Shown: positions 51,123 through 63,053 of the stretch, piece by piece
Layout: every line of letters begins with the position of its first letter
Position numbering within the stretch: the first letter of the stretch is position 1
Source of the DNA: Pristiophorus japonicus
Lineage: Eukaryota
Reading direction: 5' to 3'
NCBI RefSeq assembly: GCF_044704955.1
Contig: NC_091982.1
Location: forward strand, 175,274,001-175,338,000
Length of the DNA stretch: 64,000 bases
The notes under the pieces: model-generated
The model's input: only the letters and a program-made list of their open reading frames with translations
What the model was told of the DNA's origin: nothing
Database searches by the model: none
Made by a program: the position numbers and the translations under genes

Positions 51123-51845
51123 GGCCCAGATTTTGCTCAGTGGCGAATGAATGGCACTAGCTGTTCATTGCAGCAACACTTGCCCACAGACTTTCTATGG
51201 GCTTCTGCACTGGAACTTGCAGGGATTAGAAATCCAAAACAGTGTTGCACCGACATGGGATCTAGGGCCCGTCTGAACAGGGTAAACAACTGTGTATCTC
51301 CTTAACCAAACAGATTGAATAATCCTTATTGAGGCATGCAGAGTCTGAACCAGGAAATGTATGTTAGAATAGGCAATTCAATGCCAAATCATGAATAGAA
51401 AGTGAAAGAAAGAGAGGGAAAGAGCTAACAGACAGAAAGAAAAAGTTAAAAAAAATTAAAGTTTTTATCTCCAACGGCAATTAAAATCTGAAGGAATGAG
51501 ACTCCGTACTTGTAAAGATAATTTTCAGTGCCAGAGGTTTTGTTTGGCAGTAATTAAGACTAAGCGCACCATTAAAAAATTCACTTTTACTTGAATAGAC
51601 AAGCCCCAACTTTTTCTGACATGTTTAGTGGGTATCAATTACACAAGTACTCCAACTTCACAACCTTCCATGTATTTGAGTCTCATAGCAAAGCTTTTGG
51701 GAGGAGCAGGTAAACTCGGATAGCAACTTCCTCATTTATGCATCTAACTGCACATGTGCCGTCAGCGGAAGTTGATGTCCGATTTACACTTCAATAATGG
51801 TGAGCGCCGATAGCCTTATCGTTATTTTTAATGCACATCCAGGCC
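51123..51845. mobile_element. Older PIF/Harbinger-type non-autonomous element
   Basis: Termini GGCCCAGATTTTGC / GCACATCCAGGCC with flanks AAT / ATT. Confidence 0.55.
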
Positions 51846-52294
51846 ATTTACAACACAAATTAGACTTTCCTTTGACTCAAGTTAATAGTTTGAGGTGCAA
51901 ATTTATGTAGTGTTGGGAGACAGGATCGGAGTTGGTTTATTGTTGGCTGTGGACATGTAAACATTTGGGTACAGCTGCTCCAGTAAATATACTCCTTTAT
52001 TTGATTCCAAATAGTGCATGTTGAGCCATTAAAGTACAATGCAGGAGAACAGAGGAGCCAATTATGAACAATAGTGAATATAAACATGAGGAAAAAAACA
52101 AGGATCTCGGGAAAAGGTGGGCAAATGGGATTAAATAAATAGTGCAGAAACACTACACTGAATGGCCTCCTCAAAATTCTTTGACTCCAATTGTATTATT
52201 TGAAACTCCCAACTGTCTGACACAGCTGTCTTAATATTTATCAACAAACATCAATTTCATCATGTTTGATCATTGTTGTATACAATGATTAATT

Positions 52295-52750
52295 GTTAGT
52301 TTGGCTCAGTGTTAATAACCCAAGTCAGAATGTTGTCGGTTCAAGCACGCCTGCAAGCTTTGACCACATAATCTAGGGCGAAACCTCAGTGTCATACTGA
52401 GGTAATGTTCGAAGTGCCATCTTTAAGACAAGATGTTAAACCCAGGCCTTGTCTAACTATTCAGGTGGATGTAATGGGTCTCATGGCACTTTTTCCAAAG
52501 AAGAGCTGGGAGTTCACTTAATGTGCTGATGAACACACATCCTTCAACCAATACCATCAAAACAGATTAATTGTTTGAGAGACTTTTCTGTGTGCACATT
52601 GGCAGTCATATTAAGATATTAGCCTTGGCTCCGTGATAGCACTCTTGCCTCAGGGTTCGGGCACATAATCCAGGCTGATAATACAGTGCCATATGGAGGA
52701 AGAGCTACACTGTCAGAAGGGTCGTCTTTCTGGCATTGCTGAAACGCAAC
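52295..52750 (+). mobile_element. Two tandem decayed Deu-domain SINEs
   Basis: tRNA-like heads TTGGCTCAGTG..GGTTCAAGC (~52300) and AGCCTTGGCTCCGTGATAGCACTCTTGCCTC (~52620), each followed by body similarity. Confidence 0.65.
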
Positions 52751-53214
52751 ATAAAAGGTTTCTGCTGCATCAAACACAAACTGCAGAGATTGCTGCCCCA
52801 TGAACATGACATCTGTACAAAGTCATTGCCTTTCCTTGCATTCACGTCGACTCACTGGAGAACAGTCATGTGTGCAGCAACCTCGAGTCCTGGCCCACTA
52901 AATTTTATTGACATGAAGCTTTCTCCCCATTTTACAGGTTTTTTTTTAAAAACATCAAACTCTTATGGCTCTAAATTCCATCAACTGCAACCTTTTGGAT
53001 GCTGCCTTACATTTGTGGTTACACTAGTAACTGTAGCTGACAGCATGAATAATTTATTGCTAAACCATAAATCAAGATATTGTATGCAAGATACGTACAA
53101 CATGAATTACTACAACATTTGGTACAGCATATTCTTTAATAACAATATTATATTCAATACAAAATACATGGATAACTGTTACTGTATTAAACAAATGTGG
53201 CAGTGTGAATAAGA

Positions 53215-54432
53215 AGTTGGCTAGAGGGCAGACAACAAAGTATTTTTGGACTGTTGTTATGCCCCAGAGGTCAGTGTGAGGATCACTGCTCTTTATCCAG
53301 GGCTGGATTCAGCTATGTGGCACATTAGCAAAATTTGCACATGACACAAAAATAAACAGCGTGGTGAGCTGCGAAGAGGACAGTAAGTGATTTCAAGAGG
53401 ACATATACAGGTTTGTAGATTGGGCAAATAATTAGAGGATGAAATATAATGCAGATAAATGTGAGTTCATACATTTTAAGAATAAGGAGAGGACATGTAT
53501 ACTGGATGGCAATACTTTGAAAGAAGAGCAAAGACTTAGTTCAGATACACAAATCCCTAAAAGTCAGAGGACAAGCTGTAAAAAATATAAGGCTTTATCA
53601 ATTGGGCAAAAAATACAAAAATAAGTGATCACACTAAACCACTACAAAATTAAAGATAAGGGTGCAAGTAGAGTATTATGCCCATATTTGGTCACCTTAT
53701 TTTAGGAAGGACGTTAAGGCCGCAAAGAAGGTGCAGAAGACATTTACTCAGATGATACCAGAAATGACAGCCTTTAATTATTGGGGGGGGGGGGGGTGGA
53801 AGAGAGAAATTGGAGCACTTTTCACCAGAACAGAGAATGGCAAGATGAGATCTGATCTAGAAATGAAAGAGGGACTTTCATAAGAAAAATAAGGTTAACT
53901 TGCAAGTCAGTAACTTGACTGCATCACCAAACCTACAAAAGGAGAAGTTAAGTATTTGTTTTAAATACAGAGTGTGTTAGGACAGGGAATACCCCAACAG
54001 TGATGGAAACAGAGTTAATAATAGTTTTCAAAAGGGACATACATGAATATTTGAAAATAAAATGTTAAAACATATGGGGAAAGGAACTACGTGGATACAA
54101 GAGCCAATGGACCAAATTTCCATAATTTTATAAAACAGACAGACATTCAGCTTCACCTTTGCTCAGAGAAATAAAACCACTGTAACTTTAAGTTCTGTAA
54201 AAACAAAACTATTCAGTTCCCATTTCTCATCAATAACATTTACCCAGAGATTGGTGAGAATGTGGAACTTGCTACTGCAGGAAGTGGTTGAGGCAAATAG
54301 TATAGATGCACTTAAGGGGAGGCTAGATAACTACGAGGGAGAAGAGAACAGGGGGTTATGCTGATAACGAGTTAGATGAGGAAGAATGGGACTGATTGGG
54401 CCGAATGGCCTGTTTCTGTGCAATTCTATGTA
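53215..54432 (+). mobile_element. Highly decayed CR1 fragments
   Basis: MKYNADKCEFIHF and VEYYAHIWSPYFRKDV..KVQKTFTQMIP motifs; CR1 3' UTR at 54240-54430. Confidence 0.7.
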
Positions 54433-54522
54433 GCAAGGCTCAAATCATTTAATCCCAAAACGCTGCAAACTAACACACACAGTATTAAAAGCTCTGCATA
54501 AAGAAAAACTTAAAAGTCTAAC

Positions 54523-54633
54523 CTGGATTTCTGTTCGGTCCTTATGGTTTTCCAAATGCTGGGAATTTCTATTCGCTGTTTTACACCCAGGCTTGGGTAT
54601 TACATATTCTATTCCAACGTCAATATCCTTCAT
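54523..54633 (-). CDS. ABCC5: ABCC5/MRP5 first coding exon (exon 2), coding part
   Basis: Translates MKDIDVGIEYVIPKPGCKTANRNSQHLENHKDRTEIQ, matching the vertebrate ABCC5 N-terminus MKDIDIGKEYIIPSPG. Donor CAG|GTTAGA at 54522, phase 0. Likely acceptor (poly-T...TTGAAAG) at 54685 gives a 5'UTR part 54634-54684. Confidence 0.95.
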
Positions 54634-54764
54634 GTTCGCATCTTTTTGAAACCAGGCAAGATTCGTTGGTATATATATTTCGCGCTTTCAAATAGATTTA
54701 AAGGAAAAAAAGTAAAACGAAAACTCTACTTAAGATAGTAGCCCAAAAAAAGTACATGCTCGAA

Positions 54765-54868
54765 AACAAAAAAGGCTTGAAGTACTGTACTCAGAAGGTC
54801 AGGCAGCATCTGTTGAAAAACAGAAGTCAGTTGACGTTTCAGGTCTTGAGACCCTTCCTGACGACTGC
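54765..54868 (-). mobile_element. Penelope terminal-repeat fragment, sense to ABCC5 intron 1
   Basis: ACTCAGAAGGTCAGGCAGCATCTGT...GTTGACGTTTCAGGTC, homologous to 13200-13280. Confidence 0.7.
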
Positions 54869-55435
54869 ATGCCTAAAGCAAAATATTTTCTATGTAAACA
54901 CATCCCTCCTCGCCCGTCCCCTCACAGAAAGGAGGGTGTGGCTACAACATTAAAGTCGGCGTTCACCGATCAATCTTTCCCGTCCTCACCACGTTGAGGG
55001 ATTACCCGATTTCCAGTCGTTTTGTCAGCACTTCAATATGGTTTTAAACACAGTAGACCAATCCGTACTTTCGGAACTCGATAGTAATACCAAGTTTTTA
55101 AAAAATACATAAATTACCAGGCTATACTTAGCCCATTGCCAATTCTTCCCCCCTCCCTCTATGGAGTGTCCATCACTTTCATTCCAACACTGTTATTCTA
55201 AACGCAGTACGTGGTCGCGCACAAAAACAAAGCTGGAGACAGGTGCCTTGCTTTAAAACTAGGATTAATACAATATACGCGTGCAATGTGATGCCTGCCG
55301 TTCTCCGTAATGTTGAGCCCCAGGTAAGTTATTCTACATCTCAGTAGGTAACAAAAAGCCAAGAAATGTTCAAGATCAAACCCTGTTTTCGTCGAGTTTA
55401 TCAAGCAACCCACTCGCGGCACTGTTTTAACCTCT

Positions 55436-55556
55436 GACGAAGGATCATCGAATCGTTAACTCTGCTTTCTCTCCACACATGCTGCCTGACCTGCTGAGCT
55501 GTACAGCATTTTGTGTTTTTATTCCAGATTCCAGCATCCGCAGTATTTTGCTTTTG
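55436..55556 (+). mobile_element. Solo Penelope terminal-repeat insertion
   Basis: Homologous to 16550-16648; flanked by 10-bp TSD TTTAACCTCT (55426-35, 55557-66). Confidence 0.8.
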
Positions 55557-55569
55557 TTTAACCTCTTAA

Positions 55570-56470
55570 CTGCTTCCGTTCTGTCACGAAGGAACTCGAC
55601 TACAAATTCAGCGATTCGGGCGCCTTATTAAGAGACATATGTAGCTACGGTTACCAGCGGGTTGCTGTGCGCGATGACTGGCTCTGCCTAGCCGCTTCTC
55701 ACAGGCGCCTTCCTGCCGTCTCGTCTCACCCCGGTCTTGTTCGGATTTTGCTCGCGACACGATGAATTTTGACCGATTTGATTTTCACTCCGATGTCGAA
55801 AGGCGACGGCTGTTTTCCCGCAGTGAGTTCCTGGCTGGCTTTTTTGGGAGGGTCATGGACCTAGAATCGTTATCGCTTCATTTTTTTTTGCCCCTCACTT
55901 CAGATGTATTTTTACATCGATAGTTAGACGTGCCTGACTGATCAGTAGACGCGGGTTAAATGAATCATTTTTTGTATTTTTTTTAAATTTAGTCATTACA
56001 ATTAGTATTTCTGGGAAGTAAGTGTTTCATCAGAAGACCCTGCTATCTTTCGCATCGCGTTGACGTCTCTCCCTTTCTGAGAAAATCTGCAGCAGAGCGA
56101 AGGGGGGGGGGGGGGGGGAAATCATCGCTGTACAGGTGCCGGTGCGTCAATCCGGCTGAGCTCGGGCCGCGTTGCACGCCGGGGATTGTAGTCCTTTAGG
56201 GGCCACCCCTGATGAAAAGAAACACGCGACGTCTCCGAAGGAAACCTCATCCCCCGACAAGCATTTCGCCCGAGGGCACGCGTCACCGTGGAACTTTCGA
56301 TTCCTCTTTTTTCATTGGCGGTGAACGCGGGGCCGCGCACCGCGGAATCTGAGGGCGCGCGGCTGCAACTGCAGCAGATAGCGGAGCAGATGAGGACTGC
56401 ACAGGAACGTGCTAGGAGAAGCTGCCGCAGACTGTGCAGGAGCAAGTTAAGCAATTGAGAACCCGCAGTG
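55570..56470 (-). promoter_or_regulatory. ABCC5: CpG-rich region, probable ABCC5 promoter and non-coding exon 1
   Basis: Sharp local enrichment of CpG (e.g. CGCGGGGCCGCGCACCGCGG, GGCGCGCGGC) in unique sequence 1-1.8 kb upstream of the ATG exon. CCAAT on the minus strand at 56314-56318. Candidate exon-1 donor GGG|GTGAGA at 55729/55730. The TSS cannot be determined from sequence. Confidence 0.7.
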
Positions 56471-56604
56471 TGCACACCTAAACTACTTGGCTGGATTTCT
56501 TCAAAAGCAAACCCGTGACTACTGCAAATCTGCAATCTTAAAAACATATAAAATGCTGGAAAACACTCCGCAGGTCAAGTAGCATCTGTGGAGAGCGGGA
56601 AAGA

Positions 56605-57100
56605 AATGAAAGATTTTCATTTATATTGCACCTTTCACGACCACTGGACGTCTCGAAGCACTTTACAGCCAAAGAAGCACTTTTTGAAGTGTAGTCACTT
56701 GTAATGTAAGAAAGGCAGCAGCCCATTTGCGCACAGCAAGCTCCCACAAATCATCATAGGCAGTCCCTCCAAATCGAGGAAGACTTGCTTCAACTCTAAA
56801 AGTGACTGAACAGTCCAATACGGAAATTACAGTCTGTCACAGGTGGAACAGACAGTTGTTGAAGGAAAGGAGTTGGTCGAGTGTGGTCAGTGCTTCGATG
56901 CTAGGGATATTGGCCTGATCGAGGACACTAACGTTGGTGCATCTGAACTCCCAGGGGATTTGCAGGAAATTGTGGAGACATCGTTGGTGGTATTTCTCCA
57001 GCGATTTGAGGTGTCCACAAATAGCAATGTGATGATGACCAGCTAATCTGTTTTTGTGATGTTGAGAGGAATAAATAAAGATTGAGGGCCAGGATACTGA
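56605..57100 (-). mobile_element. Deu-domain SINE 3' half, split by an RTE insertion
   Basis: 56605-56750 and 57015-57100 are contiguous parts of the reverse complement of the 3001-3440 SINE. Confidence 0.8.
56752..57014 (-). mobile_element. RTE LINE 3' fragment
   Basis: HLKSLEKYHQRCLHNFLQIPWEFRCTNVSVLDQANIPSIEAL (RTE RT C-terminus), tail GGGACTGCCTATGATGA, TSD CCACAAAT (56744-51, 57015-22). Confidence 0.85.
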
Positions 57101-57117
57101 AAGCGAAACACAGTTAC

Positions 57118-57658
57118 TAAGAACATAAGAAATAGGAACAGGAGTACGACATATGGCCCCTCGAGCCTGCTCCGCCATGCAATAAGATCATAGCTGAGCT
57201 GATCATGGACTCAGGTCCACTTTCCTGCCCGCTCCCCATAATCATTAATCCCCTTATCGTTTAAGAAACTGTCTATATTGGTCTTAAATTTATTCAATGT
57301 CCCAGCTTCCACAGCTTTCTGAGGTAGCGAATTCCACAGATCTAAAACCCACTGCGAGAAGAAAATTCTCCTCATCTCCATCTTAAATGGGTGGCCCCTT
57401 ATTCTAAGATCATGCCCTCTAGTTCTAGTCTCCCCCATCAGTGCATCCACCTTATCAAGCCTCTTCATAATCTTATACGTTTCGATAAGATCACCTCTCA
57501 TTCTTCTGAATTCCAATGAGTAGAGGCCCAACCTACTCAACCTTTCCTCATAAGTCAACCCCCTCATCTCCGGAATCAACCTCATGAACCTTCTCTGAAC
57601 TGCCTTCAAAGCAAATATATCCTTTCGTAAATATGGAAACCAAAACTGCACGCAGTAT
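57118..57658 (-). mobile_element. CR1 LINE 3' end (same subfamily as 10687-12637)
   Basis: QFWFPYLRKDIFALKAVQRRFMRLIPEMRGLTYEERLSRLGLYSLEFRRMRGDLIETYKIM; tail AAGAACATAAGAA. Confidence 0.9.
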
Positions 57659-60394
57659 TCAGGTTTCGGGTCGATGACCTTTTGTCAGATTTCTGGATTT
57701 CATAGTTTGGTTTGGGACTCTTAACATGGTAATGTGTTCTGCTATTCAGGCACTCAACTGATTGAAGAAAACTACAAATCTGATCTGCAGTAGTGTTTTT
57801 TTTTGGCCAGCCAGGTTGGTGATCCCAGTGGAAATTACATACCAAGCTGCTGAGAAATCCACACAATTTGAGTTTCTTAAAAAAAATGAAAATGTTGCAA
57901 GTATCCAACAGGTCATACTGCATCTGTAAAGCAAAAAGACAGGTTATGACCTTTCTTTAGAACTGATGCATGGGGGCAGGAGTTGGCATTTTAGCCCCTC
58001 AAGCCTGTTCTGCCATTCAATTAGATCATTGCTGATCTGTACCTGAAATATAAACAAAGTTGGAGAAAACGGGAGAAGAAGAGAGCAACAACAGAATCAG
58101 AGAAGTGAATAGATGGGTTAATCAATCTTCAAATTGTTTAATGGAGAGCTATTAAACACAAAAAATCACCAGTGAGATGCTGCACAGTTACAAAGGGAAA
58201 TGTGGACTGGGGTGAAACAGGCAAAGTCCACATGAAGAAAATAAGGATAGAGGAAAGAAAAAAAACAAGCTGCAAATGCAGCAGGTCAGAAATTAAAACA
58301 AAAATGGATCGAGTTATAATTTGTGAAGTCAGTGAGAACTTGGGTTGGGCGGCTCCAGTTACACATTTCAGAGAAACTTCAGGGTGTGGCTTATCCTCCA
58401 AGGGGGACCAATCAGAGACAAGGAGTGGCTTTTTTACAGTGCAAATGAACATGTCCTTGAAATATCGGTATATCTATAGAAGATGTTAAACATCTTACAT
58501 CTGTGCACACTTCCTGTCTGCACAACTTGACCTTCTGTAGTCACATTTTTATCTCGTTTTCTGTGTTCGCTTTTTCCAATTCCTATGTCCACATTTATAA
58601 TGGGTTTCGTCAGGCAATGTCTTCAGACCTGAAACATCGACGGACTCATATTTTTCAAATTTATCACTGCAATCTGGCCACTGGTCCCTGTAAATTGCGC
58701 AAACTGTTTAATTTGCTATTTTTGCCCCAGTAACTGAAATTTTTAATATTCAAAATAAGAGTTTAAACAAAATTAAAAGTTCAAAGAATACATATTTCAG
58801 TGTAACATGATTAAATCTATCCATTGAATTATTTTTCATCTTTTCAGTTTTTACTTCATGGCCTTAGCCTCTCCCAAATAGCTGGGCTTCAATTTAATAT
58901 TTTTGCCTAGAGCTATAAACTGAATTTAAATTACACAATCTGAGCATATGCAGTGTATCTATTTTCCCATGTACAGCGATACCATTGAGTCAACTTTTCT
59001 TTAGCTTCTAGCAGTTTTTGGTCAAAAATATTTGATGAAAAGCTAAATGAACAATTTGAAATTTATATTCAAATAAAAGTTAAATTGAGTTTTATAAACA
59101 GTATTATTCAGAAAAAAACAGATTATTGATTGCACATCTGTTATAGCTTTTGTTTTGTGTTCTACAAATTTTATAAAGCACATTAAACTGTGACAGACTG
59201 AGGGATGTACTCCCAGGCAGGAAGCCCTTGGGAGCTGATGGCCTTTATGCCTGGGCGTGTCCGTAGGAGGCTCCAGCTGATTTTAAAGATTAGGACTCAT
59301 TTACATCCCACCTGAAGCGGGCAGACAGAGGCAGTTAGTCAACTTTGGGCAGGTCAAAGTTACCAAGCTAAGTCGTAGGGGAGATTAGCGTTATTTCACG
59401 GATGGAAAGTAGCAGGAGCCTGGTTGGGCAGAGGCCCAGACCAGGCCCAATCCTGCTACTCCTGGCCCCATCTAAGCAAAATTTTAACTTCGCTTAGAGG
59501 ACCTGTTTTTCATCCACACCAGGTTTTGCTGAGTGGGGCACCAACAGTGGGCACTTCACTCAGTAAAATGCAATTGGAGTCCGATGGACATTATAGGACC
59601 TCAATTAGCATACAGTGTATTAATGAGACTCCCACCTGAGCACCTTAGCCATATGAAAAAGAGCCTAATTAAGATGCCACAAGCAGATATCGAGCGGGAA
59701 TAGGGCATGTAAGTCTTTACACAGCTATTTTAACTACATGCCTGCCCATTCCTGCTGAGTGGGGTGGGTTAAAATTCACCAAATGAGTCTTCCCTCTTTA
59801 AAATGAAGTAAATTCTTTGTTTTAATGAGTTTGAATTTTCAAATTAACAGTCTCAGATGGGACATGTGCTGTGTGAGGGTCCTCTGGGAGATGAGACTAT
59901 CTCACCTGATTACCAGCTATGTTGACATTTCGAACAGTCTGATTATCACCTGTTATGTTGACAGAAAATGTATACATCTGTATCCCCACCATTTCTTCAG
60001 CTCCCCCATTTCCCCTTCTCTGGCTGCTCCAGCCCAGTCTACCTTCTTTGGTTACACCCTACCCTCTCTGGAGTTGTCCTACCCTCCACACACCCCGCCC
60101 CCCCCCCCCCCCCCCACCACAATGTAGTTACCCACCATGTTCCCCTTCACCAGTCGATTCTAATGCTTATAACATTATAAATAAAACATTGCATGATAAA
60201 TACATGAAAAGAATTCCTGCAGATAGGCAAAGAAAATGAGCAGCAGCGAGGAAGATGACCCTGAACAGGCGAGTCCAAAACCCAAACAGGCAGAGTGAGG
60301 GCGGTGGGTGAGGGGAAGGAAGACTGAACCCCAAGTCATGTCCTGGGCTCAACCATCTTCAGCTGCTTCATCAATGACCTTGCCTCCATCATAA

Positions 60395-62777
60395 AGCGGG
60401 GGGAAGGAGAGAGACGGGGGGGGGGGGGGAAGGAAGGAGAGAGACGGGGGTGGGGGGAGAAGAAGAGAGACGGGGGGGGGGAGGGAAGGAGAGAGACAGG
60501 GGAGGGAAGGAGAGAGACAGGGGGAGGGAAGGAGAGAGACTGAGGGGGGAGAGGAGGGGGGAGCCTGGGGGGGAGAGGAGGGGGGGAGACTGGGGGTGGC
60601 GGAGGAGAGAGACTGGGGAGGTGAGAGGAGGAGAGAGACTGGGGGGACGGAGAGGAGGAGAGAGACTGGGGGGTGGGTAGAGGACAGAGACTGGGGCAGG
60701 GAGACAGGGGTGTGGGGGAAAGACTGCGGGGGGGGAGAGATAGACTGAGGGGGGGGGGGGAGGAGGGACCAAGGAGGAGAGAGATACTGGGGGATGGGAG
60801 TTGGGAATGTGGGGGAGGAGGAGAGAGACTGTGGGGAGGGGGACAGAGAAGAGACCGGGGGTGGGAGGAGGGCCGTGGGTGGGGGAGAGAGAGAGAGAGA
60901 CTGGGGATGGGGGGGGTGGGAGTTGGGAAATTGGAGGGGGGGCGGCGAGCGGGGGAGAGACAGACTGGGGTGGGAAGATACTGGGGGGAGGAGAGAGACT
61001 AGGGGGGGTGGGAGTTGGGAAACGGGAGAGGGGAGGAGAGAGACTGGGGGGTAGGAGGAGGAGAGAGACTGAGGGGTGAGGGGAGGTGAGAGACTGGGGG
61101 GAAGGGAAGAGAGACTGTGGGGGGATAGACGGGGAGGACTGTGTGGGGTGGGGAGGGATAGGGAGGAGAGATGGGGGGAGAGACACTGGGGAGTGGGGGA
61201 AAGACTGGAGGGGGGCAGAGACTGAGGGGTGGGAAGCGATGGGGAGTGGAGAGACCGGGAGGGAGAGAGAGACTGGGGGGGGAGGGATGAAGGGACTGGG
61301 GTGGGAAGATACTTGGCGGGGGGGTGGGGAGGGGAGGGAGAGATTGGGGGGAGGGAGAGAGAGACTGGGGCAGGGCGGGGGGAGCGAGAGATGGGGGCGG
61401 GGAGAGGTGAGACCGGGAGGGAGAAAGAGACTGGGGTAGGGGAGGGGGGGAGGAGAGAGAGACTGCGGAGGGGGGGGGGGGGCGAGAGGAGAGAGAGACC
61501 GCGGGGGGGTGGAGAGGAGAGACCAGGAGGGAGAGAGAGACTGGGGCGGGGGGGGAGGAGGGAGACTGGGGTAGGGGGGTGGGGGCGAGAGGAGAGATGG
61601 ATACTGGGGAGGGAGAGACTGCGGCGAGGATGGGAGAGATGATGGGGGGGTGAGGGGAGAGAGACTGGGGAGTGGGGGAAAGACTGGAGGCGGGAAGATG
61701 GCGGGCGGGGGGAGGGAGAGAGAGAGACTGGGAAAAGGGAGAGAGAGACTGGGGCGGGGGGGGAGAGAGACGGGGTGGGGGGGAGTGAGAGATGGGGGCG
61801 GGGAGAGGTGAGACTGGGTGGGAGAAAGAGACTGGGGTAGGGGAGGGGGGAGAGAGAGAGAGATAGGGGGTGGAGAGACTGGGTGGGGGGGGAAGGAGGG
61901 AGACTGGAGTGTGGGGGAAAGACTGGAGGGGGAGAGATGGGGGGGGGGAGGAGAGACTGAGAGGGGCAGGGTGGACAGACTGAGAGCGGGGGGAAGAGAC
62001 TGAGGGGTGGGGGGAAGAAACTGAGGGGGGAGGGTGGAGAGACAGGGAGTGAGAGAGAGATGGGTGTGGACTGGGAGGGGGAGGGGGGAGAGAGATTGGA
62101 GGGGGGGTGAGGAGAGACTGCGGGGTGGGAGTTGGGAAACTGGGAGGGGGGAAGAGGGAAACTGGGAGGGTGTGAGAGACGTGGGGGGGAGGTGAGACGA
62201 GAGTGTGAGAGACTTGGGGAGAGAGAGATTGGGGGGGTGGGAGTTGGGGGAGGAGGGAGATACAGACTGGGTTGGGAAAATACTGGGGGAGGGAGGGGAG
62301 CGAGAGACTGGGGGGTGGGAGTTGGGATACGAGAGGGTGGGGGGAGGAGAAGAGGGGAGAGACTGTGGGGGTTGTGGGGAGGGAGACCGGGGGGGTGGGG
62401 TGCAGGGAGGAGAGTCTGGGGGTTGGGAGAGAGAGAGAGACTGGGGGCAGTGAGAGACTGGTGGGAAGATACTTAGGAGGGGTGGGGGAGAGGGAGTGAC
62501 TGGGGGGAGGGAGAGGGACGAAGGGGTGGGGTAGTGAGAGATGAGGGCGGGGGAAGGTGAGACCAGGAGGGAGAGAGAGACTGGTGGGGGTTCTGAGGAG
62601 AGATTGGGGGGAGAGAGACTGTGGGTGGTGGGAGTTGAGAAACTGGGTGGGGGGGGGGGGCGGTTGGGGAAAGAGAGAGAATGGGCATGTGAGAGAGACT
62701 GGGGTGGGAAGATACTTAGGGAGTGGGGGGGGGGGGGTGAGGGAGACTGGGGCCGGGGGGGGGGGGGTGGTGGGAGG
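60395..62777. repeat. 2.4-kb compound purine/G-rich low-complexity satellite
   Basis: Recurring GGGGGAGAGAGACT, GGGAAGATACT and GGGAGTTGGGA units; the + strand is heavily G/A. Confidence 0.9.
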
Positions 62778-63053
62778 TGAGGTGTCCCTGCACCTTACTA
62801 CAAATTCACACGAGGCATGTATTGCAGACAATCACTCTGTGACCTTAACCTTTATTCCCAGAACCAAGGAGTGCTGACCCTGGGTGGGACCTCCCCTTTT
62901 ATACCTGGAAACCCAGGTGAGGAGTGTCTCCCACAAGTTCACCCCCTGTGGTCAGGGTGTGCATTTCTAGGGTATCAAGTACAGTGTACAGGAGTTGCAC
63001 GAAGGTTACAGTTACATGAAGATTACCGTTGCATGATGGTTACATACATGACA
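62778..63053 (-). repeat. 3' LTR (~276 bp) with TATA box and poly(A) signal
   Basis: Begins TGTCATG after the PPT and ends ..GACACCTCA. On the minus strand, TATAAAAG lies at ~62896-62903 and AATAAA at 62851-62856. Confidence 0.8.

Noticed and set aside
56122-56547. 141-aa ORF in the CpG-rich region
   Set aside because: GC-rich stop-poor promoter sequence starting inside a repeat fragment; no recognisable homology.
60389-62831. Pro/Ser-rich 265 and 610 aa extensin-like ORFs
   Set aside because: Low-complexity purine satellite; no domain or splice structure.
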